64,000 bases of DNA from Eledone cirrhosa (GCA_964016885.1 OZ024746.1:80042001-80106000), one strand, 5' to 3'. Positions 42,026-58,246 are shown, counted from the first letter of the stretch. Program-made: numbers and translations. The notes: generated by a model not told the origin, from the letters alone.

Positions 42026-43232
42026 ATTCTATCATTGCCATTATTGTGCTAGTTGTTTTTTGTTTTTTTTTTGGTTTTACGTAACGACGTTTCTCTACTC
42101 TAAGCTGGATGAAAAGGAATGGGGTCGCATTTTATGTGTCCAAGTGGTGGTATTGGGGTTGGGCTGGAGGTGATGGAACGGGCAGATAGATGAGATAATC
42201 CCTCGTGCTCATCATTTATTCATTACACACCTGAAATGGAATTAGCCGTACTTCATCGTAGATATATCGGCCGTGTTCTTTGAAAGGATTAACTTGTCCT
42301 TTCTCCATCTCTATATGCATGTGTGTGTGTTTCTCTCTGTGTGTGTATGTCTAACTATATGTGTGTCTGTGTGTGTGTGTGTGAGTCTGTGTGTATGTCT
42401 ACGTATATGCGTGTGTGTGTGTGAGTCTGTGTGTGTGTATGTCTAATTATATGCGTGTGTGCGTGTGTGTGTTTGTGTGTGTTTATGTCTAAGTATGTGT
42501 GTGTGTGTGTGTGTGTATGTCTAAGTATATGTGGTCATGTGAATGTGTGTATGTGTATGCATACGCCTGTATACGCATATGTGTGTGTGTTTATGTATGT
42601 GTGTGTATATAAGAGAATGTGTGTGTGCTCTACTTACTTGATACGTGTGTGGGGGGGGGCGTATATGTGTTCATGTGAATGTATGTGCGTATATGTAGGT
42701 GTACGCGTATGTGTTTGTATGTGTTTGTATGTATATGTATATAAGAGAATGTGTGTGCATTTGTGTGGGGGGGGGGGTGCTCTACTTACTGGACGACGAA
42801 ATACTGACTGACAGCGAGCTTCTCATTTGCATAAACTGTCACGTGTCATGTGTCACTTTCATTGTCAGTCAAAGAGAGGTCTCTAAAGATCATTGAGTTG
42901 GTGACTGCAGGGTATGGGTGAATCAACAGAGGGGGGATGGGAGGGAGGAGAGAGGAGGATGAGAAGGGGGTGCACGAGAAGAAAGAAGAAGAAGAAGAAG
43001 AAGAAGAAGAAGAAGAGGGGATGAATGAGGTGGGGTTGGTGGGGTCGGGATAAAGAAATGAAGACAGGGTGATGTAGTCGGAACAAAAGAGTGACGTGAG
43101 TGAAAAGAGAGAGGGGTTCAGAAACCGGGGAGGGGACGATTAAAGATATCTAGATTACATAGTATTTTAGTATGCATGCAGATTCACATACTAACACACA
43201 CATACACCCGCACACACGCACATATATATATA

Positions 43233-43329
<97 letters not shown>

Positions 43330-43375
43330 CACATATATATATATACACATATATATACACATATACATATATATA

Positions 43376-43957
<582 letters not shown>

Positions 43958-43997
43958 GATATTAACAAATGGAAACTATATTTATAAAACCATATTT

Positions 43998-44060
43998 ATT
44001 TCATTATACATATTTCAAGGACACCAAGTTAAATTATGGTGTGCTTTCATCAGATAAAAT
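43998..44060 (-). ncRNA. Type I hammerhead ribozyme (AUA family) within element 43957-44290
   Basis: ATTTTAT-CTGATGA-AAGcACACCA..TGGTGTcCTT-GAAAT-atgt-ATA-ATGAAAT. Confidence 0.75.
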
Positions 44061-44286
44061 ATAATATAATATAGATCAGTTTTATAAATAAATATTGACA
44101 TACCCTTAAAGAATGCAACCATTACTGTTGGAAGCTCCCGGATAGTGGAGTTGTAGTTTTAATTATATTATTAGTATTGGATATTTTTATTTTTAATCGT
44201 ATTTTTACCCCAAATATTTGTTGAGTGGTTTATATCAGTTATAAAAATATTTGCTTGTTGTATCCCAACAAATTAAATAGAACTTT

Positions 44287-44320
<34 letters not shown>

Positions 44321-44528
44321 GAGTTTATATTCATAGAAATCTGGGACTTGTCTCTTTCTTCTCACTTTCTGTTGCTTAAACCATTTTGTTTGTTCACCCC
44401 AGCGTCCCCTTTATATACGTGTCCCAACGACTTTTTTTAGCCGTTGTTCGCACCAACCTGAGGTATATGGCCTTTAAAGTGATGAAATGCCTAGGACGGT
44501 TGGAAGGCCACTGATGAAGGACTTACTT

Positions 44529-44581
<53 letters not shown>

Positions 44582-44584
<3 letters not shown>

Positions 44585-45417
44585 GAGAAGGAAGATTCTA
44601 TATGACGATTCGCAGCTGCTTCCTTTCAAAATGATATTGGTTCAAGAATTAACTGAGACAGATCAAGCCACCACAGAGCTGTAGGTGGGCAAATTCTTGA
44701 ACTCCCACTGCAGCTGTTCTTCTGAGTACCGATGAGGCTCATCTCTATATCAATGGTGCCGTAAACAAGTAGAGTTTTCGCTACTGAGCTGAACATAATC
44801 CTCATGAACTCCACGAACAACCACTTCACTCTCCTCGCGTAACTGTTGGGTGTGCAGTTGCCGACATTGGCGTAATCGGCCTATACTTTTTTATGGTGGT
44901 GCAACAGTATCTGTAGCGGTACATTGAAATGTTGCAGAACTTTCTGCACCCCAAACTAGACGATTTAGATACAGGACGGGGCCACAGCTCAGCCAACACG
45001 AAGTTATCTCGGGGTGTTGAGGGAAATGTTTCCTGGTCGTTTGATCTCTTTAAGGGGAAATGTAGGGTGGCTGGCAATGTCAGCAGATTGAAGCCGTTGG
45101 GTCTTTTTCCTTTGGGGATAGCTAAAGGAGAAGGTTTTCCAACATCGTACTCGAACTCTTGATGATTTGAAGGAAGGATCAGAGAGGAAATCGATGCAAT
45201 TCCACCTGAGATGACCTGGAGAATCATCGAGAATATCCGAGAACTATTCCATCAACGTATCGCCAACGACAGCTGCCATTTGTCTGACATAAGTTTTTGA
45301 AAACATTGAAAGAAAGCTGTTTTCTGTACGTTTCAGAAATATAATCAGTTTTTTTCCAGAGAGTTGTTTCTTTTTCAAAATATCTTTTCAAAATGTAGAT
45401 CTTTATACCCCACCCTG
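44582..45417 (+). pseudogene. Decayed Tc1/mariner (about DD37D, maT-like) transposase with right TIR end
   Basis: Across frames: PFKMILVQEL, STDEAHLYINGAVNK, HNPHELHEQPLHSPRVTV, YIEMLQNFL, QDGATA, REMFPGRLISLRG, FFLWG, REEIDAIPPEM. Ends CACCCTG-TA at 45411-45419. Confidence 0.85.
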
Positions 45418-45475
45418 TATATGTATATATATATATATATCCAGGAATTTTACGCGTTCTCTCTCTCTCTCTCTA

Positions 45476-45513
<38 letters not shown>

Positions 45514-45514
45514 T

Positions 45515-45741
45515 TATTTATTAAAATAACAGATTAAAGTTTAAGCAAAGAATCGATGCTTTCACCCTTAACGGGATCTTCTGAAACTCAGAAGATCACG
45601 TTAAGGGTGAAAGCACCGATTCTTTGCTTAAACTTTAATCTGTTATTTTAATAAATATTTGCTCTACGGTTCTTATATATTTGCTATATATCTATCCTTA
45701 TCGAGCCCTCTTTGGATTTTAGTCTTCAAATTTATTATTTT

Positions 45742-45744
<3 letters not shown>
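45515..45744 (+). mobile_element. Fold-back (TA)n element
   Basis: 45515-45583 mirrors 45587-45657. Tail GCTC..GAGC. Confidence 0.75.
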
Positions 45745-45789
<45 letters not shown>

Positions 45790-45791
<2 letters not shown>

Positions 45792-46125
45792 GGGGTAACA
45801 AATAATAGTTAAATGCAGTCCACTTAGGTATAGTCCAGTTACGGTATTCCAGGTAGTGGATGATATCAATGCTTGGCTTGGTTTGACTCAACAAGGCGTT
45901 TTCATAGTGATGCTGCGGGTATGCCGTAATTCCTATGTTGTAAACACTTGGAGTAATAATAAATCAGTAAAGAATGTTGACATGGTTTGCTATACAAAAA
46001 AGGTTTTTTAATCTCATAGCTGACAATTGTTTCTCTGAACTGGTAGGTCTAGAGATCGCTATTCGCTTATTTTCACGTTACTCGATCGCCAATACAAAAT
46101 TATAACCAGTCAGATCTTCGGAGCA
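45790..46125 (-). mobile_element. PLE-derived insert related to 6916-7222, with degenerate hammerhead
   Basis: Shares GTTTGAC(G/T)CAACAAGG, CTTGGAGTAATAATA and ACATGGT..TACAAAAAAG. Minus strand GCT-CCGAAGA...GAAAC-aatt-GTC-AGC. Confidence 0.55.
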
Positions 46126-46505
46126 TGCGAGAATGAAGAGAATACACAGGCAAGAAAAGAATATACAGGCTACTATATGAAGTCGTAATGGCATTCAATT
46201 AGAACAATAACAACAATGCTATTAATAAATTATTTGATGAGACCCTGACATTACTTAGGTGGGGGGTATAATGTATCTAACATTACGGCGTATTACAAGG
46301 GCTAGTCATTTACTATAAGTTACTCGACTCGGCAAAATACACTGTGTATAATAGAATAAGTCGTGACAAAACAGTGGAATGTCTCGCTGACACTAAATAC
46401 TGAAGCGCATCGTTCGATAAGCTCATATCAGTGAGACAAAGCGGTTCAACTGTTACGAATCATTCTATTAAATAATCATGTGTGTAAACACACACACACA
46501 TACAA

Positions 46506-46553
<48 letters not shown>

Positions 46554-46554
46554 A

Positions 46555-46746
46555 CCGGTGGATTGGCAGTATCGGTAGAGGGTCGGACGCCATGCTTTGC
46601 AGCATAGAGTTACGTCCCTTTACGATCTGAGTTCAAATCCCGCCGAGGTTGACTTTGCCTTTCATCCTAACGGGGTCGATAAAATAAAGTACCAGTAATG
46701 CACTGGGTAATTGCTGGCCTTGTGCCTAAAGTAGAAACAATTATTA
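46555..46746 (+). mobile_element. Main tRNA-derived SINE, full length
   Basis: GGTGGATTGGCAGTATCGGTAGAG..GAGTTCAAATCCCGCC..GTAGAAACAATTATT. Confidence 0.85.
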
Positions 46747-47412
46747 CTGCTCCTAAAAAAGATTTTAATTTCAATTTACCTAGCGATCAGCTATTTTTAG
46801 CTGTTGGCGTGCGCATTTGCCAGACAATACGATTTATATTTTGTGCATTGATAAAAAAAATTAATATTTATATACTCATATATATTTAATTTGCAATAGC
46901 AGTAAGACACCATTTAAGCATAATTGGGGTGAATATGAAAACATACAACCAATTTTATGTAACCAGCAAATTTCACACTTTATGAAAATTAACATTTCCA
47001 GCTGATGTTTTCTATTTATTGTAAGCAAATGAACATCTCCAGCAAATATTCATCATGCAATATCCTATATAGACTCTAGTCTATTTCCATACACATACGG
47101 CTTCAGTGAGTGTCACTGATGAAAGACTAACAAATCTTGAAACAGCGTTATTCTCAACCATACTGGCAACTACGTGATATATTCACAGAGGTAAATAGAG
47201 AAAAGTAATTTTTTCGTTAAGAAAAATTACTTTTCGTTGATAGCGAGGTTACTCATATGTTTATTGTATATAAACGTGTAGTATATGTTTATACATGTTT
47301 TCATATACACCACCATTATGCTTAAATGCAGTTTTCTATTTCCTATATGTAAATGAGCATCTCTAGCAAATGTTCACTCAAAATGTTCATATATCTTTTC
47401 ATACTACACCCC

Positions 47413-47462
<50 letters not shown>

Positions 47463-47598
47463 AGGAAAAGCGAAGTAGTTTCAGATGTTCAAGTCCTTTA
47501 ATAATAATGCTGTGATATATATTTCAATGGCGACAGTGGCCACACTGTTCCGTGCGCCGGTGCCGCGACATCGTCAGACAGCTTGTTACATAATAAGG

Positions 47599-47659
<61 letters not shown>

Positions 47660-47979
47660 AGTATCGCTTAATAGTATTTACCAAACTTTTGCTAAGGGAT
47701 TCGGATGACCGTGTCGTCGAGAGTAAACACAGATACTCCATTGATCCAGCGGAAGATCCAGGGTGTGACAGCTGAAAGGAGAAAGGGTTGCACCAAGACT
47801 GCAATGCTACTTCCTTTATCTATGTAATGATGAAAGACAAAGTAGACCTACGCGGGATATGAAAAGAGAACGCAAAGACAAGGGACAGAAATATAAAACG
47901 CTCTGACAACTCTGCCAAATCGACTAACTTATGTATATGTATGTATGCATGCATGTATGCATGCATGTATGTATGTATG

Positions 47980-48089
<110 letters not shown>

Positions 48090-48224
48090 CGACATTACGA
48101 GAGAAAAAATCTGCACGATATCTATCCATTTACTACAGTACCATTTCCTGTACTTTGTCTTCTCCTAAACCTCGTTATCCTTCCTGTATTTCATCTTTTC
48201 TTTTCTATTATTTCCATCTCATCC

Positions 48225-48287
<63 letters not shown>

Positions 48288-48476
48288 CTCTCCTCTCTCT
48301 CTCTCTCTCCTTCTCCCTTTATATATATCAAACACACACAGATATGCTATCTATCTATCTATCTATTTTTCTGTGTACCCTTCATAATATAGTTTTGTCC
48401 AACTTCCCTACTTTTTGCTTAACATTTTGACACACTTTCTCAATGTTGTATATTTCTACAACCGCTTCTCTGTCTC

Positions 48477-48529
<53 letters not shown>

Positions 48530-48530
48530 A

Positions 48531-48595
<65 letters not shown>

Positions 48596-48616
48596 CTATC
48601 TATCTATCTATCTATC

Positions 48617-48663
<47 letters not shown>

Positions 48664-48664
48664 A

Positions 48665-48752
48665 TCCTCCTTATTGAGGACGCCTTTTTGTGTAAACTCC
48701 CCCCTTTGTACTTGTCCCACTTTTGATGCCCTAGTGGCAAATAAAAGAAACA
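48665..48752 (+). mobile_element. Tx1 3'-UTR remnant inside (ATCT)n
   Basis: TTGTACTTGTCCC..GCCCTAGTGGCAAATAAAAGAAAC followed by (ATCT)n. Matches 52566-52645 on the opposite strand. Confidence 0.75.
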
Positions 48753-48783
<31 letters not shown>

Positions 48784-49597
48784 TTATATCTATCTATCTA
48801 TCTATCTATCTATATCTATCTATCTATCCATATATCTCTATCTCTATCTCTCTTTCTCTCTCTATCTATCTATCCTCTCACCCTCTCTCTCGTCTCTCGC
48901 TTACACCTTGTATCTATCTATATATCTGTACCAACGCCACAAAACCACTGCCACAACGACCAACACAAACGACGCCAACATCAATATTAACATCAGCACC
49001 AGCACCACCATCAGCACCAGCACCACAACCAACACCAGCACCACAACCAACACCAGCACCACCATCAACACCAGCACCACCATCAGCACCAGCACCACAA
49101 CCAACACCAGCACCACCATCAACTCCACAAACACCCATCAACACCAGCACCACAACCAACACCATCAACACCAGCACCACCATCAACACCACAAACACCA
49201 TCAGCACCAGCACCACAACCAACACCAGCACCACCATCAACACCACAAACACCATCAACACCAGCACCACAACCAACACCAGCACCACCATCAACACCAG
49301 CACCACCATCAACACCAGCACCACAACCAACACCAGCACCACCATCAACTCCACAAACACCATCAGCACCAGCACCACCATCAACTCCACAAGCACCACC
49401 ACAAGTACAGCAGCACCACTACCACCCCCACCACCACCAACACCACCCCCACCCCCCACCACCACCACCACCACCACCACCACCACCACCACCACCACCA
49501 CCACCACCACCACTAGTATCACCTTCACAATCTGATGTTGTAGTCCTGCAGATATTTATCCTGATATAATCTACATACATGACGATGCTGCACTGTT

Positions 49598-49636
<39 letters not shown>

Positions 49637-49691
49637 TATATATATATACACACACACATATATATACATATATATACCTATATATACACAA

Positions 49692-49765
<74 letters not shown>

Positions 49766-49814
49766 TATATATATACATATTTATACTATATTATATACTA
49801 CATATATATAAAAC

Positions 49815-49919
<105 letters not shown>

Positions 49920-49944
49920 CACACATATATATATACACACAACA

Positions 49945-50003
<59 letters not shown>

Positions 50004-50431
50004 TTATATATTTATATATATAAAACACACATATATATATACACACACACATATTATATATACACACATATATATATATACATATATATATACCTATATA
50101 CTCACACACACACACACATCCCTTTCTCTATACCCTTCCCTACGTGTTTCTTGTTTGAAACCTAAGAGAACTAAAGCTTAGTAACAAAACATGATCAACT
50201 TATCCACCTTAGCAATGCAGTCATCCATCACTTTCTTTTATATTTACACTCATTCTTTATCTTACTTACTTTCGCTATTTGCCTCCCCCCTCTCACCCCC
50301 TCTCTCTCTCTTTCTCTCTCTCTCTCTATATATATATACATATATATATACATATATATATACATACATATATATGTATGTAAGTGTCTATATATATATA
50401 TATACATATATATACATATATATGTATGTAC

Positions 50432-50536
<105 letters not shown>

Positions 50537-50632
50537 TATGTATGTACGTGTGTGTGTACGTACTATATATATATATATATACATACATATATATACATAT
50601 ATATGTATGTACGTGTATGTGTACGTACTATA

Positions 50633-50720
<88 letters not shown>

Positions 50721-50755
50721 CATATATATGTATGTACGTGTGTGTGTACGTACTA

Positions 50756-50791
<36 letters not shown>

Positions 50792-51101
50792 TACTGCTCA
50801 CATTTTTGCCTTTCATTTCTGTTCGACCATTTTGTTTTTGTCCACTTGGCTTCTTTTAATGTTTAATGTGTTTGTTGTTCACATATTGTTGTTATTGTTG
50901 TTGCTGCTGATATTGGTTTTCTTACTGTTGTTGTTGGTGATGATGCTTTTGTTTTTTATGTTTATTTGTGTCTTTACATATTTCGTGACAGTTTTGTTAG
51001 TATTATTTCTTTTTGGTCCTCAGTGTTCATTTTTCCATCTAGATCTTTGTTGTTTTCTAACTCTCCCCCACCTCTTTCACTATCATTCTCACTCTCTTCT
51101 C

Positions 51102-51240
<139 letters not shown>

Positions 51241-51269
51241 TTGTGTGAGTGTGTATGTGTGCGTACGTG

Positions 51270-51308
<39 letters not shown>

Positions 51309-51322
51309 TTATGTATATATAT

Positions 51323-51524
51323 GAGTCCCGGGTTCAATCGGCGGTAGCCACAGTAAGTAAGGTACTCAATACATTAGTAGTGTATAAACATAATGTTTAA
51401 TATAAAAAGGCTTCTACAGGACTATAACTGTTTCATCCAAAAGAAATCATCAGAAAAGCTTGGCTTCCCTAATGATTTCTTTTTAACGAAACATTTCTGG
51501 TCCTGTAGAAGCCATTTCTTTATT

Positions 51525-51527
<3 letters not shown>
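51323..51527 (-). mobile_element. Family F2 fold-back element with minus-strand hammerhead 51410-51459
   Basis: Minus strand TTTT-CTGATGA-tTTCttttGGAt-GAAACAG..CTGTA-GAAGCC. F2 tail at 51323-51390. Confidence 0.75.
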
Positions 51528-51593
<66 letters not shown>

Positions 51594-52232
51594 GCTATTT
51601 ATTACCACGTTACAAATTCTTTATTTACTCCAGAAATAGCCATCGAAATAGCCAGAAATAGTCGTCGAAACGGCTTAAGCTCTGCCGTTGTGGCCTTGAA
51701 CATTTTCCTATATATATATATATATATGTCCGGCTCGTAACGCAAACATATTAAGAAGAGAATCTGTTACTTGGGATCAATGATTGGATGGTTATACAAA
51801 TTTAAGAGTCACAAGCATAACAGGAGAGTGGACCATGTCTGCCTCTGATATCCCGAAAAATCTTCTTCAAATCGTAGCAGTCAATGAAAGCCTATTCCGA
51901 AATGTCTGTTTTTAAGCGACGTATAACAAGTCTCTGATTTAGGTGTTTTTTTTGTAACTCGTAGTGTTAATATAAACAAAAATATATAATCGGCCACATT
52001 CAGCCGTTATACGAAAGTCACTTGAGGGGTGCGAGAGACGACCTATTCACCAGTAAACGAGAAACGGTTACATAATATTTAATCTCAAAAATTTAAAAAA
52101 TATTTGAATCATTGACGCTCTGGACAGACCTCCATTGAAGTTTTTTTTTTACTGAGAAACATTTCGTCATACATATATATGTTATTATACTTTATATTAG
52201 TATATATATGAGTGTGTGTGTGTGTGTGTGTG

Positions 52233-52371
<139 letters not shown>

Positions 52372-52431
52372 ATGTATATATATATAGAGAGAGAGAGAGA
52401 TAATTAGATAAACAGAGAGTTAGATAGATAT

Positions 52432-53030
52432 ATTTCTTTATTTGCCACTAGGGCACAAGAGAAAGGGACAAATACACAGGGGGGAGTTTACATAAATGCG
52501 AGTAAAGAAAAAGGCATAGCAATAAGAATAATATAATAATAAAAATTAGAGAGTTAGATAGATATGTTTCTTTTATTTGCCACAAGGGCATCAAAAGTGG
52601 GACAAGTACAATGGGGTGAGTTTACAAAACAAGGCGTCCTCAATAGGGAGGAGGCAATAACAATATATAAAAATAAAATAAAATATAACAAAAAATAGAA
52701 TTATAACAAAATCCTCAATAGAGGATTTTGTTATAAAATATAACAAAAAATAAAATTTATAACAAAATCCTCAATAGAGAGGAGGCGCCTTGGGGGGTCG
52801 CACACACCCCCGAAAAAGTGTGCAACCCTTTTCCTCAGGAGCACAGAGAAGGGGTGCTCCCTTGGTCTTTCATCTTCCTCACCTATAGTCTGATGTAGAG
52901 TGAAGGCCCATTCACACGGGCCATTCTCGCCACTTTCACCCACCTTTCATAAAAACGACTGGGGTGCAGCACCTCTCTCTCCATCCCGATCCTTCTTCCG
53001 AAATGATATCGGAAGAAACGGACCAGTTGT
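52432..53030 (-). mobile_element. Stacked Tx1 3' fragments (ORF2 end + 3' UTRs) next to (GATA)n
   Basis: Minus strand ...FMKRWVKVARMARVNGPSLYIRL* matches the ORF2 C-terminus of copy B. Two TGGCAAATAAA ends at about 52437 and 52571. Confidence 0.8.
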
Positions 53031-53038
53031 TAGAGAGT

Positions 53039-53115
<77 letters not shown>

Positions 53116-53128
53116 GAATACACAAACG

Positions 53129-53178
<50 letters not shown>

Positions 53179-53498
53179 GAGCTAGCTAGCTAGCTAGATA
53201 GATAGATAGACAAATTGTTGTAGAATCAGAGAGATGAAAAGAGATAAAATGTGACATGAAAACCAAAGACGTTAGAACAAAACCTGGAGGAAGAGGGAAG
53301 GATATGGATCAAGGATCTGAGAGAACTGGGCTGGAAGAAAGATAAAAAGGTTTAGTTTAGTAGAAAAGATGGAAGAGCAAGAGAAGGGGAAGTAACATAA
53401 TATGAATAAAGTATTATATGTATAATTATATATATTTGTGTGTGTAATAATATGAATGAATGTATGTATACATATATATATATATGTGTGTGTGTGTG

Positions 53499-53571
<73 letters not shown>

Positions 53572-53817
53572 AATCTATGTGTATATATATATATATATGT
53601 GTATATAAATGTAAATGTATGTGTATATATATATATATGTGTATATAAATGTAAGTGTATGTGTATATATATATATATGTGTATATAAATGTAAGTGTTT
53701 ATATATATACATATATATATGTATATATATGCATATATATATAAATATATATATGTAGATATATATGTATATATATATGCATATATATATATATGTATAT
53801 ATATATGTATATATATG

Positions 53818-53909
<92 letters not shown>

Positions 53910-53955
53910 TATATATATATATATGCATATATATATAAATATACATAAATATGTA

Positions 53956-54057
53956 CAGGGTGTCACCCAAAAATGTATACATTTACTTCAGCAGCATTCT
54001 AATAAATATTGCATGAGCAGGTGATCAAAGTGTGTATACATTTTCGGGAACACCCTG
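53956..54057. mobile_element. 102-bp Tc1/mariner-type MITE
   Basis: TA-CAGGGTGT..CCAAAAATGTATACA / TGTATACATTTTCGG..ACACCCTG-TA. Confidence 0.75.
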
Positions 54058-54126
<69 letters not shown>

Positions 54127-54400
54127 AGCGAGGAGGGGCAGAATAGAGTATTAGGTAGAGAGAAAAAGAAATCCCTAAGATATATATATATATACACAAT
54201 ACCTGTGCGGGTACATGTACACATTCACATACGCATGAACACACATACACACACACACATATATATATATATAGAGAGAGAGATATATAATTGCATGAAA
54301 TTTATATACATACGCAATTATTTATATGCATATATGCATACATACATGCAAATACATATTCATACATGCATACATTCATTCTTACATGTATGCATACAAT

Positions 54401-54495
<95 letters not shown>

Positions 54496-54628
54496 GCATG
54501 AATATAATTATATTCATATACATACGCAATTATTTATATGCATATATGCATACATACATGCAAATACATATTCATACATGCATACATTCATTCTTACATC
54601 TATGCATACAATCATACACACACACACA

Positions 54629-54737
<109 letters not shown>

Positions 54738-55261
54738 GCATACATGTATATCTATATTACATATTTACATAGGTAGAACCATACTGCACTGCAGTGTAGA
54801 GGCATGACACCGGAAAACATCCAATCCGACCATACAAAAGAATTCACCTTCCTCCATTTATCTTTTGTATGTAAAATGCCGGCAGACATCACGCAAGATT
54901 TGATGAGTTCTACGCTACGAGTGTTATCCAACTCGTCATGGCGCTGTTTCTTTTGGGAATAAAAAAAAATAAAATACAATTTATTCTCTTTTGTTTTCCT
55001 AATAATTTGACATTGAAGGCGAGTTTCGTTTTTGCTATCTAAGGTAATATTATTATATGAACATTTTTAGCATATGTCAATCTTTTTTTTATTATTCTTT
55101 ATGCATGTACGTACGTACGTATGTATGTATGTATGTATGTATGTATGTATGTATGTATGTATGTATGTATGTATGTATGTATGTATGTATGTATGTATGT
55201 TTGTATGTATGTATGTATGTATGTATGTATGTATGTATGTATGTATGTATGTATGTATGCA

Positions 55262-55628
55262 TGTTCTTCTGGTTTTATAATTTCACAAAGTTTTACCAAT
55301 AGAGAGAGAGTCGGTTTCTAACATAGACACAAGACTCTCTCATTGGAATTTACACATCAACTTTTTCCTAACTAGTTGTGTTCTTTCTGTTCCTGTGAAG
55401 CCTAGCTTCTCAAGATTTGTATTGAGGCAGTTACTAACATATCCCAGTGCCCCAATAATCACAGGCATAAATCTGAATGTGTAATCAGGGTAGAGTATCT
55501 GCAGATTTCTCATCAGTTCTGCATAAATATTCTCCTTTTCACTAATCTTTGATATTATATTGGCATCTGCTGGGCAGATAATTTCCACTACTGTGCATGT
55601 TTTCTTCTCCCTGTCCCATATCATAATA
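55262..55628 (-). mobile_element. 3' fragment of an R4/Dong-like non-LTR element (restriction-like endonuclease), inside (ATAC)n
   Basis: IMIWDREKKTCTVVEIICPADANIISKISEKENIYAEL...FMPVIIGALG is a PD-(D/E)xK REL pattern. (TATG)n on both flanks. Confidence 0.75.
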
Positions 55629-55875
55629 TGTATGTATGTATGTATGTACGTACGTATGTATGCATTCATGCTTGTATGTATGCATGTATGTATGTATATA
55701 CGTATGTATGTATGTATGTATATGTGCTTGTATATACGTATGTATGTATGTATGTATATATTTATATATTTATTATGTGAGTACGTATGTTTATGTGAAT
55801 GTATGTGTGTGTGCATCTGTGAATAGATGGATCGATGGGTGTATGTATGTATGCTTGTAAATATATATGTATATG

Positions 55876-55993
<118 letters not shown>

Positions 55994-57351
55994 CACGTAT
56001 GATTAAATGTATTTATGTGTGTACTTGTCCAATTCACACCACCCGATGGCACAAGATAGCTAGAGCTGACGAAGAAACATCTGCGCGTTCTTTCAACATG
56101 CAGTTAAAACCTGCAACTAAAAGCAGTTCAAACTCTTTCAAATTGAATCCTATTGTTTTTAAAGATAAAGTTGAGAATGTTGTGCTTGGTATATAAAATG
56201 ATGAGATATTGATAGCTGGTATAGATGAGCTATTGATAGCTGGTATGGATGAGATATTGATAGTATGGTTTGAACAATTTTAGTCAATGAAAGAGGATGT
56301 ACGCGTTCTTCCAGCCTGCTAGTAGCAGGTTAAACCCTTTCAAATTATTTTCTACCGACATTAACATAACCATAGTGGAGAGAGAATATAATAGTCTTAG
56401 ATATACAAAATGATGTGATGATCATAACTGAAATGTTTTCATCAGAGATCTGCTCGATCTATGATTAAACAACAAACCACCACAACACCACCAACAAGAA
56501 AAATTAATTTATATAAAAATTATAACAGTAATGAAGCTGAAGAATATTAAGTTATGATCGAACACATGATGCTTAGATTATAACGTCCAGATACTTAAGA
56601 ACACTTCTTATATTAATTCATTCATTCACATATTTTCTATTGTGTGTTGTGTAATGTAATGTGTGATTTACATTTTATTCGTTCGTTAGTTTCTTGTTAT
56701 ATCGTTTATACTTAGATGCCGACACTTATATATAAGAGATTGGAAGAAATTTGAGTTTCAACTACTTTCAAAACAGCGGAGAAATATTGAAAGAGTAAAA
56801 TGGAAGATATAGCAGAAGCTTGCCAGAAGGACATCAGTACTTTCTCAATGACACTTTGAAGGATTAAGTGATAAATGAAAATCATATACATCTTGCTTCC
56901 TCTTGAATCTTCAATGGTGAATAGCTTGGAGCCAAGAGTTGGAAACAAAAAGATGTCTTTATAGTGTTAGACATTAAGATCGGTGATAAAATCAAATAAT
57001 TATTTACTGCTAATATCTTCATTCTGATAATACTTATATATCTCTGGCTTCAATTTAACCCATTTTAATGCAAGATTTTCCTGTGTAGAAGAGTTATAGG
57101 TAGTAACCAGTTGTGAATGCTGCGGGTGCATGATGCTTTGAAATGGCTGACTCATTGACAATCGAAATTGGTTTCAACATTAATAACTACTAGCCAGTAG
57201 CCGTGGAAAGAGTTAACAACGTTAATTGGTAGGCAACTCAATAATCTAACAGAATAGGGCCTCCGAACAAAAGCATAAACATAAACAGATTTTCGCCAGT
57301 GAAGTGGAGCACTTCACTTAAATACTGATGCATCTCTCTCTCTCTGTGTGG

Positions 57352-57387
<36 letters not shown>

Positions 57388-57632
57388 CTGTTTTAGAAAG
57401 GCGTTTTATTGTTCTGTGGATTAAGATGGCAGAAAGAAAATATAATGAAGCGAGGCAAAGAAATGTGCACTCTACTTTTCTTTACTTTCTAGCTATATAA
57501 CATCAGTAATTTTTTTTTATATAGATACTTATTTTATTTTTAATCATATTTCTATCAACCTATCTATCTATACATTTATCCATCTCTCTCTGTCTCTCTC
57601 TTTTTCTCTCTTCCTCTCTCTTTTATTCTCAC

Positions 57633-57691
<59 letters not shown>

Positions 57692-57723
57692 CAATCTGTC
57701 TGTTTGTCCATTTATCTGCCTGT

Positions 57724-57807
<84 letters not shown>

Positions 57808-58246
57808 TAAATAAAGAAAGATATCTATCTATCAATATATATCTGTCAGTCTGTCTATCTATCTACCGATCTGCTTATCAATAAATCTATTTATCTATCT
57901 ATACTTCTATCTGTCTGTCTTTGCATCTATCTATCTTACTATCTATTGCTCTATTTGCATATATCTATAGCTACGTGTGTATTTCTATGTATGTATAACT
58001 ACCCTTCTGTCAACCTACCAACCAAATCTATTTCTACTCTCATTATAGATAACTCTAGTTACCTATTTATTGCTGACACTAAATTTAACTGTTATTTTCC
58101 TGGGGATGACATAGATGAGTTATTTATTCTCTACATAATGCTATTTCATTATACCAACTAGTGTACATTCTTCTACATTTATTCAGTTTTTCTCTCATTA
58201 CTACTTGGGTAAGTATGGGAATGTTTACGATATACTGTTAGCTTCA

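Noticed and set aside
44826-45227. 133-aa minus-strand ORF
   Set aside because: It is the antisense shadow of the plus-strand mariner transposase pseudogene.
46555-46645. tRNA gene (A and B boxes)
   Set aside because: It is the head of a multi-copy SINE, with no complete cloverleaf.
48443-49528. 357-aa ORF rich in His/Gln/Thr
   Set aside because: Degenerate (CAC/CAN)n repeat joined to (CT)n/(ATCT)n, with no domain or splice evidence.
56712-57060. Purine-rich, coding-looking stretch
   Set aside because: There are stops in the candidate frames and no recognisable motif.
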